A DNA stretch of 63,325 bases, counting the filler. It is 14 parts of 14 records of this genome, joined end to end, with 100 filler letters (N's around TTAATTAATTAA, not from the genome) between each part and the next. Parts side by side here need not be neighbours in the genome. Positions count along the whole stretch, not along the records: positions 1 to 5,892 come from SRR15195285_4599; positions 5,993 to 9,883 come from SRR15195285_4600; positions 9,984 to 14,614 come from SRR15195285_4603; 11 more parts are not named here. The stretch is one strand, 5' to 3'. Positions 1 through 10,592 of this stretch are shown here, piece after piece (position 1 is the stretch's first letter; each line of letters begins with the position of its first letter). The notes beneath the pieces are model-generated. The model had not been told where the DNA came from. It was given only the letters and a program-made list of their open reading frames with translations, and did no database searches. The translations under genes and the position numbers were made by a program.

Positions 1-93
1 CTGCCTCTGTCACCGCGTACCAGCTGAGCTTGGTGCGCCACAGCTAGGCCGGGAGACCCCTCCTCCGCATCGTGGAGAGAAGCCCCGAGGGGG

Positions 94-837
94 ATGATGC
101 CCAGGCGAAGCAGCTTTGTGGCCTCCGTGTTGGCTCTCCTCAGCTGCCTCCTGTCCGGTGCATGGGCGCAAGATTGCGCTGAGGGGTACGGTGCTACGGT
201 ACGTCTATCAGCGGCGCTCGAGCGCCACACAACACCCTACAGCTGCGGCACGCACACCTTCCTGGCGCCACGTTCCCCCACTATGCCGCATAGCATATTC
301 ACCCTGGCCACCGTTCGAATGCGCCCAGATGGACCAGATTATCTCCGTGGTGGGCGAGGTCTACTCTATGCAGCTGGAGGTAGATGCAGCGATTCGTGCG
401 ATCACGGTACGTCCCGGCCTCCGGTTTCTCGAGTCTGTTTGACTGTAGGGTGGCGAGGTGGCTCCGGCTCATACAGTGTTACGCGATCGCAGGATGAGGC
501 TGCGGGTGTTTTGCCGCCGACCACTTCTCTGGGTTCGTCGGCACAGATCGAGTTGAGCAACGAGTTCGTCAACTCACTGACTGACAACGCGGGGGGCGCT
601 ATGGACGATGGAGTCCTAACACCGGAGGAGCTGCAGTCGGACCCAGAAGGCCAGGCTTTGTTGGCTGCGCTGCAGCAGCAGATTGCGGATCAGATGGGGG
701 TTGACCCAAGCCGGGTTCAAATCGAGGGCTTGAATGTTGAAGGTTCGGGGCGGCGGCTGCAGCAAGGGGGGAAGCTCGCTGGGTGGGCGTTTTGCCCGAC
801 AGTGGAGTCGTGCACCGTTGATGTGGCGTACCAGTGA
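94..837 (+). CDS. Small secreted protein with an RRLQ motif, unknown function (probably 3 exons)
   Basis: Signal peptide (SFVASVLALLSCLLSGAWA/QD). Phase-0 GTACGT donors at about 199 and 407 with CAG acceptors at about 328 and 492. C-terminal part reads IADQMGVDPSRVQIEGL..GSGRRLQQ. Confidence 0.55.
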   Translation: MMPRRSSFVASVLALLSCLLSGAWAQDCAEGYGATVRLSAALERHTTPYSCGTHTFLAPRSPTMPHSIFTLATVRMRPDGPDYLRGGRGLLYAAGGRCSDSCDHGTSRPPVSRVCLTVGWRGGSGSYSVTRSQDEAAGVLPPTTSLGSSAQIELSNEFVNSLTDNAGGAMDDGVLTPEELQSDPEGQALLAALQQQIADQMGVDPSRVQIEGLNVEGSGRRLQQGGKLAGWAFCPTVESCTVDVAYQ

Positions 838-911
838 GTTAGGGTGTGTGGCGATGAGCTGCAATCGAGTGCTTTATGTTTTGAACAGTATGGGCGAGAT
901 CCAAGGCGGTA

Positions 912-2343
912 CTAGTCTGAGGTCGCTGCGGCCGCAAATGTGGGGTCCGTGTCGGCAGCAAGGACGGGGTCTACGGCAAGTACGGCGTCCAAAGCGTTGG
1001 CTGCCGCAGCGTCGTTTGCCGCGGCGCTGGCTGCAGTAGTGTCCGCAGCAGTCGCCGCCGGATTTTGGGCTGCAGACGGTTGCTCCGCCGCCGCCGCCGC
1101 CTCCGCCTCCGCCGCCGCTTCTGTAGGCTCGGCAGCGCCCGTAGATGCAGCGGGTGCAGCTGCGTCGGAATCTGGTACCACCGTGTCCTCTGCTCCATCC
1201 TGCTTCTCCGGCGCTTCGGCAGCTGTGTCGCCTGTGGCCGCTGCCTCTGGCTCAGGTGCCGGTGGCTTCGGGGCATTTTTGGGATTCGATGGATCGTCTT
1301 TCCACATAGCAGCAACTGCCCGGAACGCGTCCGTCCGGCTCGCCCCAGGGTTTGCCTTCATGTAGCTCGGTACTTCCTTCGATATGTACTTGTTGTATGC
1401 ACTCGGTGGGCGCTTGACTTTCGGCTTTTCCTGCGGCGCAACGAGCAGCGAACAGTCAAAGTAGAGCTTCTCAAATGGTCACCGGTCGTTGCTGTCAGCA
1501 GAGCGTATGTCCAAGCACACCTCCGGCGGTACGTAGTCGTCAATCACTTTCTGCAGCCCCCTGATTATGTCAGCTCGCGGCGCGTCAGAATCCAAATCCT
1601 TTAGGAGATACGAGAGCGCTTTCAGCTCCGGATCGGACAGCTTCATCAAATTCGTCAGCTCTGGAAGAGACGCAGAGGATGTGCACAGTCCGGCACGCGG
1701 GCAGTGAGAATGCTTCGTGAGCCGTATACACAAGCTTAGTGCCTGGCACACAACAGATGGCGCAGAAACACAAGCAACCTAGCGGTCGTACTTTCTACAG
1801 GAGCCGGCCCAGTCTTCTGTCTCTTAGCGCCTGAGACAGACCGCCCGACTGGTAAGCGATGGAGCCGCAGGTTGCTAGCAGTTCGCTGATGCAATGAGCA
1901 CAGGCGATACCTTTCTGCTGCTCTTCATACGCCTCCACGTGCTGCATCGCCCCGCCCAAATTTGCCAGTGGCTCCCAGGTGTCGTGCTCCGGCCCAAATC
2001 CAGCCCACCGCACAAGATACTTCTTTCGCTTTTTGTCCAAGATCTGTGCACGCGGGAATGCGGTGCGGTGCTCTCAGCAGGGCAGAGCGCACAAATCGCA
2101 GGCACGCGGCTCGCTCACCTTCTCCACCTCATACTCGTCCTCGTCCAAGTCGGCCGATTCATCACCCTCCTCCTCCCCATCCGCTTTGTCGCTCCCAGCA
2201 GCTCCTGCCTGGTCCTGTTCCGGCTCCCCAGGCTTTTCCGCTCCCGCTCCGGCTACCTCTCCCTCCCCTTCCCCTTCCGTTCCCGCCGCTTGCGCCGGCG
2301 CCGGCGCCGCCGGTACCGTCTCAACCTCCATCTCCTCCGCCAT
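912..2343 (-). CDS. Chromodomain + YABBY/HMG-box-like chromatin protein, 5 exons
   Basis: Removing GT-AG introns 2044-2118, 1849-1910, 1661-1791 and 1431-1520 gives one frame. It contains the chromodomain YEVEK|ILDKKRKKYLVRWAGFGPEHDTWEPLANL and the YABBY-type helical motif KRPPSAYNKYISKEVPSYMKANPGASRTDAFRAVAAMWK, with acidic/Ala-rich tails. Confidence 0.85.
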
Positions 2344-2841
2344 CCCCGCAGTCAGCTAGAGCAGATCCTGTCTGGCCTGGGCGGCTTTGAGGAGCGCCGA
2401 ACCCCCCCCAGCTCCCCTGTCGGTGCCCTGACCCTGAGTCGATAGATAGCTTCTTGATAAGTCGAATAAGGGTACAACAGAATTGTCGAAATAGGGCTAT
2501 TTTCCAGTACAGGCTGGGCAAAAAGTGTAAATTGAAATAGCCCGGCGCTTGATTTTGCATGAATGAGATCCGCCCCCCCGGGGCCGCTTTCAGAGAACCG
2601 ACTCAGAAACAGAATGAATGACCGGCGCTTGCGGGGCGGGCGTGGATCGATCCTCAGTCGTCACGACGGCCGCCGCGCGCGCGGCCGCGCCTCGCGCCGC
2701 GCGCGGGCCCACTCGACCCACGCCGCAAACCGCCCGAGCGAGGGCCGAGGGGTGCGCACGTCGTAGGCGCTCGGGCGCTCGCTCCCTGGCGCTGGGCGGG
2801 CACAGCAGCGCAAAACTGCACCGAACCCATTATCACAGATT
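2344..2841. promoter_or_regulatory. Probable bidirectional promoter between head-to-head genes
   Basis: About 500 bp between divergent start codons (2343 minus, 2842 plus), with an AT-rich patch followed by CGCGCGCGGCCGCGC runs. Confidence 0.45.
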
Positions 2842-4277
2842 ATGCTCGTCACAGCGCGCCTCCTCGCGCTGATACCACACGCAGCGGCAGCAGCGCACGA
2901 GTCATTGCAGCCCACAGCAGCGCCACTCGCCAGCCGTGATTGGCCGCAGATGGGTCGCACCCCGAGCTTCGAGTCAACCTCGAACGTGTCTGTATCTGGC
3001 GCACCTCACGCCGAGTGGACTTTCAAGGGTGCAACTTCGCGGTTGATCTCGTCCCCCGCGGTTTATGACGGTATCGTGTACGTCGGCTGCGACGATGGGC
3101 ACCTCTACGCGCTGGAAGTGAACACCGGCAGGCAGCTCTGGGCCTTCGCGCAGAGCTGTATGCCAGCCACTGCCGAGAAATGCGGTGGAAATGGCATCCG
3201 CTCTTCGCCCGCGGTGGCATCCGATGGCTCTGTCGCATTTGGCAGCTACGACGGCCACGCGTACAAAGTGGACAAGATGGGCAAGCTACTCTGGCAATAC
3301 AAGGTCCCGAAGCCGATCTACTCCCCAGCGACCATCGACTCGGACGGTACTGTGTACGTCGGAACAATGAGAGGCGACAACTGTCTATACGCGATCAATG
3401 GCGATAGTGGGAAGCTCAAGTGGAAAGCCTGTGGCGAGCGACTCTTCGGCGAGATGAACAGTGGCGCGGCAATCGGCGCGGCTGGTGGCCCCGCAGCCGA
3501 CATAGTCGTCGTGAACAACTTTGACAAAAACATTCGCGCTTTCGACCGTCCGACCGGTAAGCTCGTCTGGTTGCACAAAGTCGGTGGGCCTTCTGGTGGT
3601 AGTGCCACCATCGTTGGCTCCACTGCCTACATCGGCTCATGGGATCGCAACTTCTATGCGCTCGACATCCACACCGGTGCGTCGCAGCTCGTGCTCTCTG
3701 TCTGTGGCTGCTGTCTCATCGCCTGTCGTGGCCGCAGGTAGCGTGAAATGGGTATTCCCAGCAAAGGGAGAGATCGAATCGCACCCTGCTTACGCCGATG
3801 GAATCGTGTACATCACAGCAGAGGAGTCTCGAGCGCTCTTCGCAATCAACGCGAGCACTGGAACGCAGATCTGGAACTACACTGGACCGACCGAAGAAGT
3901 CAACGGCTCACCGACCATCACACCGACGCTGGTGTTTGCGGGAGCCAACGATGGGTTCATGCATGCAGTACATCGAAGCACGGGTACCCTGGCTTTTAAG
4001 GTTAGTAGCTCATGCCACGTTAGGTTCCGATGCAGTTCGCGAGGTGAGCTGGCGTGATTCGGCAGCTTTCTTTGGTCTTGGCTGTGCTCTGCTTCAGGTG
4101 GCCATGCCCGAGGATTGTCCACACGTTTTTTCTTCAGCGGCCGTCGACGGCAAAGGCATGGTTTATTTCACTTGTAACACTGCCGGTCCCGGAATTGACT
4201 CTGCTGAGGGTGAGGACTTTCCGTCAGGGGTAGGGATCCTCTTCTCGATTAACCCGACCCTTCACATGGAGGGCTGA
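2842..4277 (+). CDS. PQQ-like (BamB/AfsK-type) beta-propeller repeat protein, probably secreted
   Basis: Repeated SSPAV..G.VYVG..DG.LYAL...TG...W motifs and an N-terminal signal-like peptide. Introns 3677-3737 and 4001-4097 join the frames. Confidence 0.85.
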
Positions 4278-4625
4278 GACGAGAGCGCTGTGGGCGTTTC
4301 CACCTGGTGACACCATTCGCATTAGTTGGGGGAGCCGACCTCACCCAAAGCAAAGGCTTCTGAGTGGAGAAAAGAGGCGTTCGAAAAGCTGGTGGGAGGG
4401 GGGCGAGCACACAAGCCCTCTACGCCTCGCAGGTGAGCTCGGCGCGCCGTGAGGTGTTGAAATGCAACGAAGAGAGTCGTACGGCGGTCACGCAAATCGC
4501 GATCAGACAGCACGAGACAATAAGACTACGGCTGTTGACAACGGAGGGTCGAGCCAAGGTGCCTAAGTAGTGTTTCCTTGTATTATTGCACAATATCCCA
4601 CCACATTACGATAGGCGGCCTGCAG

Positions 4626-5813
4626 TTACCAGTCGCCCGAGTTGCCGTTCTCGCCCCAGCCATCTCCCTTCTCTGCTGGCGCTGGTTCCGCCTCTCCCTT
4701 CTCGGCCTTTTTGGCCTGAAGTTCCTCCTGCTTTGCGACAGTCTCCTTGATGGACTCGATGGCCTTGGCGACATTCTCTTTCGTGCCAGAAACCTTGGCG
4801 GAGTCTGTATCGCGCTGAATGTCTACCTTCGCGCCACTGCTCTCCTGCAGTGCTGCGATACTGGTGCCGCCCTTGCCGATGATCGAGCCGATTGCGAACT
4901 TGGGGATATCGACAGTCTCGACAATATGTCCCTTGGGGAGCTCCTTGCCCTTGGCCTCCTTCGCGAGCACCGCTTCTACCAGCGTGCGCGCCTTCGTTAC
5001 CGACTCCTTTGCGCCACTCAGCCGGACGCTCGGTGGGTCCCGCTCCACGTTAACTCGCGCGCCGCTGTCTTCCTGGATGGAGCGAATAGTCTCACCACCC
5101 TTGCCGATCACGGCACCGATCGCGCTGGCTGGGCACTCAACAGTCTCGGAGTACTTGGCATCCCTCAGCTGGGCCTCAATCAGCGCACGGGCCTTTTTGA
5201 CCGCCTCCTCCGTGCCGTACATGGCGCAAACTGATCCCAGGCCGCGCTCGATGTCAATCTTCGCGCCCGACTCCTGCTGCAGCCGCTTGATGTTCGAGCC
5301 ACCCTTGCCCACGATCACCGGGACTCCGTCCATGCCTACATCCATGAAGTCCTTTGCGTCGTACTTCGGGTCAAGCAGGTCGGCGATCAACTCCTGAGCC
5401 TTGGCGACAGCGGCTTTGCTACCGGAGATGTTCACTACGCCGCTGCCCTTCTCCATGTCGACCCGCGCACCGCTCTCATCCTGAACCTTCCGGATGTTCT
5501 CACCCCCGCGGCCGATCACAGTTCCACCCTTGTCCCCGACTTGGATAGTCGCGGTCGCTTCGGGCTTCGGGCCCTCGACTGCTTCGGCAATTAGGACCTT
5601 GGCCGAGGCGATCTGGTCGGCACTGCCGGAGATCTTGACCACACCGGAGTCCTTCTCGATGTCCAGCTTCGCGCCGCTCTCAGCCTGGATGGACTTGATC
5701 GTCGACCCGCCGCGCCCGATCACAGCGCCGACGGCTTTGCCGAGGTCGATGGTCTCGAACGGGCCGGAACCCGCACCGATGATTTCCATGACTTGCTTTT
5801 TCGCGCTTTTCAC
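4626..5813 (-). CDS. Multi-KH-domain RNA-binding protein (at least 5 KH repeats), 5'-truncated by contig end
   Basis: Five (V/I)(I/V)G(R/K)GG..I..(I/L/V)Q..SGA.(L/V/I)(D/N)(I/M/V) repeats. The upstream sequence looks like an intron 3' end (GCTGAC...CTGCAG). Confidence 0.9.
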   Translation of the reverse strand: MKSAKKQVMEIIGAGSGPFETIDLGKAVGAVIGRGGSTIKSIQAESGAKLDIEKDSGVVKISGSADQIASAKVLIAEAVEGPKPEATATIQVGDKGGTVIGRGGENIRKVQDESGARVDMEKGSGVVNISGSKAAVAKAQELIADLLDPKYDAKDFMDVGMDGVPVIVGKGGSNIKRLQQESGAKIDIERGLGSVCAMYGTEEAVKKARALIEAQLRDAKYSETVECPASAIGAVIGKGGETIRSIQEDSGARVNVERDPPSVRLSGAKESVTKARTLVEAVLAKEAKGKELPKGHIVETVDIPKFAIGSIIGKGGTSIAALQESSGAKVDIQRDTDSAKVSGTKENVAKAIESIKETVAKQEELQAKKAEKGEAEPAPAEKGDGWGENGNSGDW

Positions 5814-5892
5814 CTGCAGCATCATGCAGCGTTTGGGGGTCAGCCGCCGATCGGAGCCAGCGGGCAGTGGTGAGCGGGAGCAGCAACGGGCT

Positions 5893-5992
5893 NNNNNNNN
5901 NNNNNNNNNNNNNNNNNNNNNNNNNNNNNNNNNNNNTTAATTAATTAANNNNNNNNNNNNNNNNNNNNNNNNNNNNNNNNNNNNNNNNNNNN
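5893..5992. other. Artificial contig-joining linker (first of 13; others 9884-9983, 14615-14714, 18751-18850, 22008-22107, 26192-26291, 31025-31124, 36217-36316, 40853-40952, 45997-46096, 51480-51579, 56227-56326, 60106-60205)
   Basis: Identical N44-TTAATTAATTAA-N44 spacer that puts stop codons in all six frames. Confidence 0.98.
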
Positions 5993-6208
5993 ACACGCCA
6001 GAGGGCAGAGGGCAGAGCAGCTGCTGCCAGCAGAACTTGAAGTTGAAAGTATCTAGTATGAAGTGCACACTTCACACTACCACCTAGGGCACTAGCTCGA
6101 GGCAGGCGCTGGCGCTGTGGTCTGGAGCACTGGGTGATGTACTATATAGTAGAGTGCGCTGACATGGCTATGGCACGGTGCAGCAGGGCTGTCTGATTTG
6201 CGGAACAG

Positions 6209-9200
6209 ATGCTGCACGCCGACGGCCAGCTGGACGCCCTTTCAGTCAGCGCTCAGGGACAGGAACGGGATGAGGAGGAAGCTGGAGACGCTTCGCAGAT
6301 CGAGCTCATTCCTGTGGTTAGCAAAGAGCTCCGCCACCGCGACAGCACGACGCTCTCGACCATGGCTGGACTGCGCACCAAGGCGCAGCGGCTCGCGCGC
6401 CACAGGAAGCGCGAGTTGCGGAACCCAATGCGTGAGCACAGCACCGAATACGTGATCAACATGTGGAAAGTTTACAACCACTTGCACCTCGGCGAGCGCC
6501 ACACAGCGCAGCTCCTGAGTCTGTTCATCTATGCCGCCTACGTCTACTTCCTCACTTATTTGCTGGCGCACGTGCCTCCACCTGCGACAATGCTGCGCCA
6601 CGCAGAGGCCGTATCGGACCTTCTGCTCGGCGAAGAATTTGACCAGCAGACCACCCACATTTACAAGTCCTGGTACGACGTGATGACCGAGCAGGAGCTA
6701 TGGGAGTGGGCTTACGGCCCTCTGGCTGCCGCAGTGGGAGGTAGGAATGGCAGCCTCGACGCGCTGCTCGGCACAAATTGGCTGATCGGGCCGGTTCGAA
6801 TTCGCCAGGCGCGCTCACGGCAGGTGACCGACGACTGCAGATCCACGTTGCAAAATGTCTTTGGTCCCGCGACGGCTGACGAGCTCTACGCCCGTGGCGT
6901 CAAGTGTACGAGGGACTGGGAAGAACTGGGCAGAGAAAACGTAACTGACCCAGAGTTTCTCGATTTCAGCTACCCGCTGTCGTCGCTCGGTGAATGTACC
7001 TATGCATCGGCAGCGTGCGCCACTGCTAATGCGCACTGCAAGTCAGCCGAAGAGGTGGACTGCGCCAAGTGGAATGGTGACGAAGATGGCTGCAGAGAGG
7101 CGGGTAACTGCACCTTTGCCAAGCAGTCATTCGTACTTGCGTTTCCGCAATGGTGGGAACAGCTGCGCAACGGCAGCTGCGCCGACGACCCTTCGTCGGA
7201 CATTTGCCAAGGCAGATACTGCTGCTCGCACGTACGCTGCTATAAGAGTTACAGCGAGCAAGAAGAACACGCGACCAACGAGGATAAAATTGAGACCGCG
7301 TGCTCCATGAGACGCTTCGCAGCCAACCTCACGTGGAACCCGAAAAGTAGTTACCGGAGCAAGGTCCGAATGGACTCGACGGAATCCGAGTCGCTTTGGG
7401 CCAAAGCGATGGACGTCGGCGATGGTGGTTACCACATCGACCTGCCAGGTGATAGTGCGACGCTCGTACCCATGCTCAAGGGCCTGCAGGAGCTCGGGTT
7501 TATCGATCAGTTCACCCGCTCTGTCGACTTCCAGCTCGTCCTGATGAACAGCAACCGCTTCTCTGTGGCGGAAAGCACGATGTTGAGCAGTCCAATGACT
7601 CGCGCTACGGAGCACCACCCGGTTGTGATGGTCAATGTGGACCTGAATTTTATGTTCTCGCCGAGTGGGTTCTTGTCAAAGTACGACCGTATCACCGCGG
7701 TTCAGCTGAACCCGACCCACAGAAGCAACGAGTGGCACTTGGCATCGGAGGTGTTGCCGATCGCTGTACCGATCTGTATGCTGCTGCTGGAAATTGCGCA
7801 GATAAACGATTTGGGATTAGTGCGCTGGATATCCGATTTCTGGAATTTCTTTTCAATACTTTACATTCTCTCTATGTGGTTATGTTTGGATCATGTGATG
7901 CGGTATTTTCGCGAGGAGAGTGAATTCCTTGATCATTACAAAAACATCTCGAGCTTCGAGTACTTCAATGACATGATGCCGCTTCGCGATAGTTACAAAG
8001 ACATGAATAAATTTATCGGTGTCTTCATGTTCTGCTCGTGGTTGAAGGTTTTCAAGTACACCAAGATATTTCGGTCATCACAGGTACTGTGGAATACACT
8101 TTCCGCTGCGCGGTATCAGCTTATAGCCTACAGTTTGGTGATGCTTTTGATGATCAACGCATTTGCCATGATGACCGTAATGCTCTGGGGCTACAACTCC
8201 AAGTTCTTTCACAACGTCCCGACCGCGTTTTTTGCACTTGTCCGACTGGCTGCTGGGGAGGCTGATATGGAGTATGCAGAGCTGAAACGCGGAGACTCGT
8301 CGATGACGCCATTTGTCTTCATGACTTTCATTTTGGTCGTCGCGGTGATTGGGATGAACATGATGGTTGCTATCGTGACCGATTTTTATGAGAAAGCGCG
8401 CAACGAGGAGCGTGCATGGAACATGGACACGCGGTGGATCCAGGCGACCTTCTCGGGCAAAACGCAATACGAGGACTTTTACCGTGGAAAGGGACTGTGG
8501 AATGAACCAGTGGCCGAGAGTATTCTTGGCCCGATTGGTGAGCTGTGGAGCACGTTGCGAGGGCACTGGGTAGTCAAGCCAATCCCTATCGGCTGCGGGC
8601 CGCGGAAGTGGAATGCAATCGAAGAAAAGGTCGAGTCGAAGTTTGAGACACAGAAGTATCCATTTGTCTTACACCGATCTTCCTTGGTATATTTGCGGTA
8701 TCGTGTTGAGAGTCATGAGCACGACGAGAGATGTCAGCAGGCGCACGTGCAGCAGGAGCATCCTGGTGCCGAGCAGCTTGCTGAAGCCGACATGAAGCTC
8801 ACGAAGCCCCTGCACGCACACCGACTGAAAAAACATCACGGATACCGCCAGAAACTTTCGCGCTCTTCTGAAAAGTGGAACCCGCTTGTGTCACGTGACA
8901 AGTCGGAGATCTCGTGCCACTCTCCGGAAGACACACGCACCAAGCGGGAGCGCATAAATGCGCCCAGACAGCCTGTTGCACTCAACGTCTGGATGGCGCC
9001 GGAAAACTTCTCGCAGTACAAGGGAACCAGCTATCTCGAGTTGCTCAAAGGTCCAACATACAAGGGCAAACCTGTTGACACAATGGACCGACCTGAGCTG
9101 CAAGAGATCCTGAAAGAGCTGCTTCTGGAAGTCAACTCGAATCCAAATCTGAACCGAGAGTCGTTGCACGGTCTCAATACGGACCAACTTCGAGAGTCGT

Positions 9201-9883
9201 TGCACGGTCTCAATACGGACGAACTCCAGGACCGACTGCGCGATCTCCTGGCTGGTCTGCAACGCACTACCGAGGCTTGTACGGCTCAGGGATCCGCTTC
9301 GCAAACGCCACAGCAGCAGCATATCGGCAGTGGTGATGAGCTTTCGCTCCTGACATCGGAAGAAGGTGGAGAAGACCTCCCTGGCGAGATCGTGTTGGAG
9401 TTCCAGAAGCTAATGCCTGTCCGACGCGCAACGAAGGCCGACAAAGCCGCTATCACGGTCTCGATCGAAGATGCTAGAGAGAACTATCACGAGGCGTTAG
9501 AACAGGGCCACGCGCTCGGGCAGTGCTACCAACACTCCACAGTCGCAGATGGGGACAGGCTGGACGGTGCTAAGGGTTGCCGACTATGTGCAAAAATCAA
9601 TGCGTGTCGCAAGAGAGCGCAGGAGTGCGAACAGCGACTCCAAGAGCTGCATGGATATCGTGCAGCGCTTGAAGGTGTAGAGAGGATCATGGTTTTCCGA
9701 GTCAAGTCTGTTGATGCATGGCAAAAATTTCGACCCATGGACATTCGCTCGGATGATGTTGCTGGAAAGCTAGGCGAGAAGCTCAAAGACCAGTGTCAAA
9801 AGAACAGCGAGGGGCTTGACGTCATTACGAAAGAAGACGTGTTGCAGGTTCTGGTAGAGGTGGTTGCAAATGTCATGCGACAC
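6209..9883 (+). CDS. Polycystin-2 (PKD2/TRPP)-like cation channel, 3'-truncated
   Basis: Polycystin (TOP) domain motifs ELWEWAYGPL, NWLIGPVRIRQAR, GGYHIDL and LQELGFIDQFTRSVDF. TM helices include S6 FILVVAVIGMNMMVAIVTDFY. Long cytosolic tail. Confidence 0.88.
9155..9226 (+). repeat. 36-bp in-frame tandem duplication (RESLHGLNTDQL/RESLHGLNTDEL)
   Basis: cgagagtcgttgcacggtctcaatacggac is present twice at a 36-bp period. Confidence 0.95.
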
Positions 9884-9983
9884 NNNNNNNNNNNNNNNNN
9901 NNNNNNNNNNNNNNNNNNNNNNNNNNNTTAATTAATTAANNNNNNNNNNNNNNNNNNNNNNNNNNNNNNNNNNNNNNNNNNNN

Positions 9984-10425
9984 GCCTGAGCCTGAGCCTG
10001 AGCCTGAGCAGGAGCAGGAGCAGGAGCAGGAGCTCGATGATGTCGCAATTTTGATTGCGTTCTATTCGGAGTGTGAGCCGGATTTTGCGAATGCTCAAAA
10101 AGTCAACAGGATTCTTCGAGCCTATCGAAAAAAGGCTTTAAAGACAAATCAAACTGCACAGTGGCGAGAGCTGATGTACAGCTCAATCGCAACGCAGCGT
10201 GGGGAGGATCCGCGGGACTACTGGCAGCGCGTTGGTAGCTCTCGTGCTTCTGCTGCCACCTTGAGGTCTGATGTGGAGGCGCCAGCTGCTGCTGTGCTGG
10301 CCAGTGCCCCTAGGGATCCCAGGCTCGGAAGAGGACGGCCACCGCCGCGTCAGCCACGAACGCGAGCCCGTCGCCCAAGGATCACAGCGACACTGGTTGC
10401 AAGTAGGGTCCAGCCGCAATCGTGA
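9984..10425 (+). CDS. C-terminal fragment of a hypothetical protein (EP/EQ repeat followed by a small helical domain)
   Basis: Open frame from the contig start: PEPEPEQEQE..LIAFYSECEPDFANAQKVNRILRAY..WRELMYSSIATQRGEDPR. Confidence 0.55.
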
Positions 10426-10592
10426 TGGTACGATGACTTTCCAGCGATTACTAGACGACTTGGTGTCGCATGATTGGCCTATGGCAATGAATTCAAGAAT
10501 GCTGCATCACATTCGTACGAACAGACTTCGATAACACACTTGGCGCTATTGTTATGGACAACAGAGCCACATGTTCGTTTTGGACCTGAAAT

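Noticed and set aside
1431-2118. Introner-like repeated introns
   Set aside because: No shared sequence was seen between introns beyond the splice signals.
4578-5397. Long antisense/alternate-frame ORFs (also 13167-14015, 54007-54930 and many others)
   Set aside because: These are shadow ORFs caused by high GC and codon bias opposite well-supported genes.
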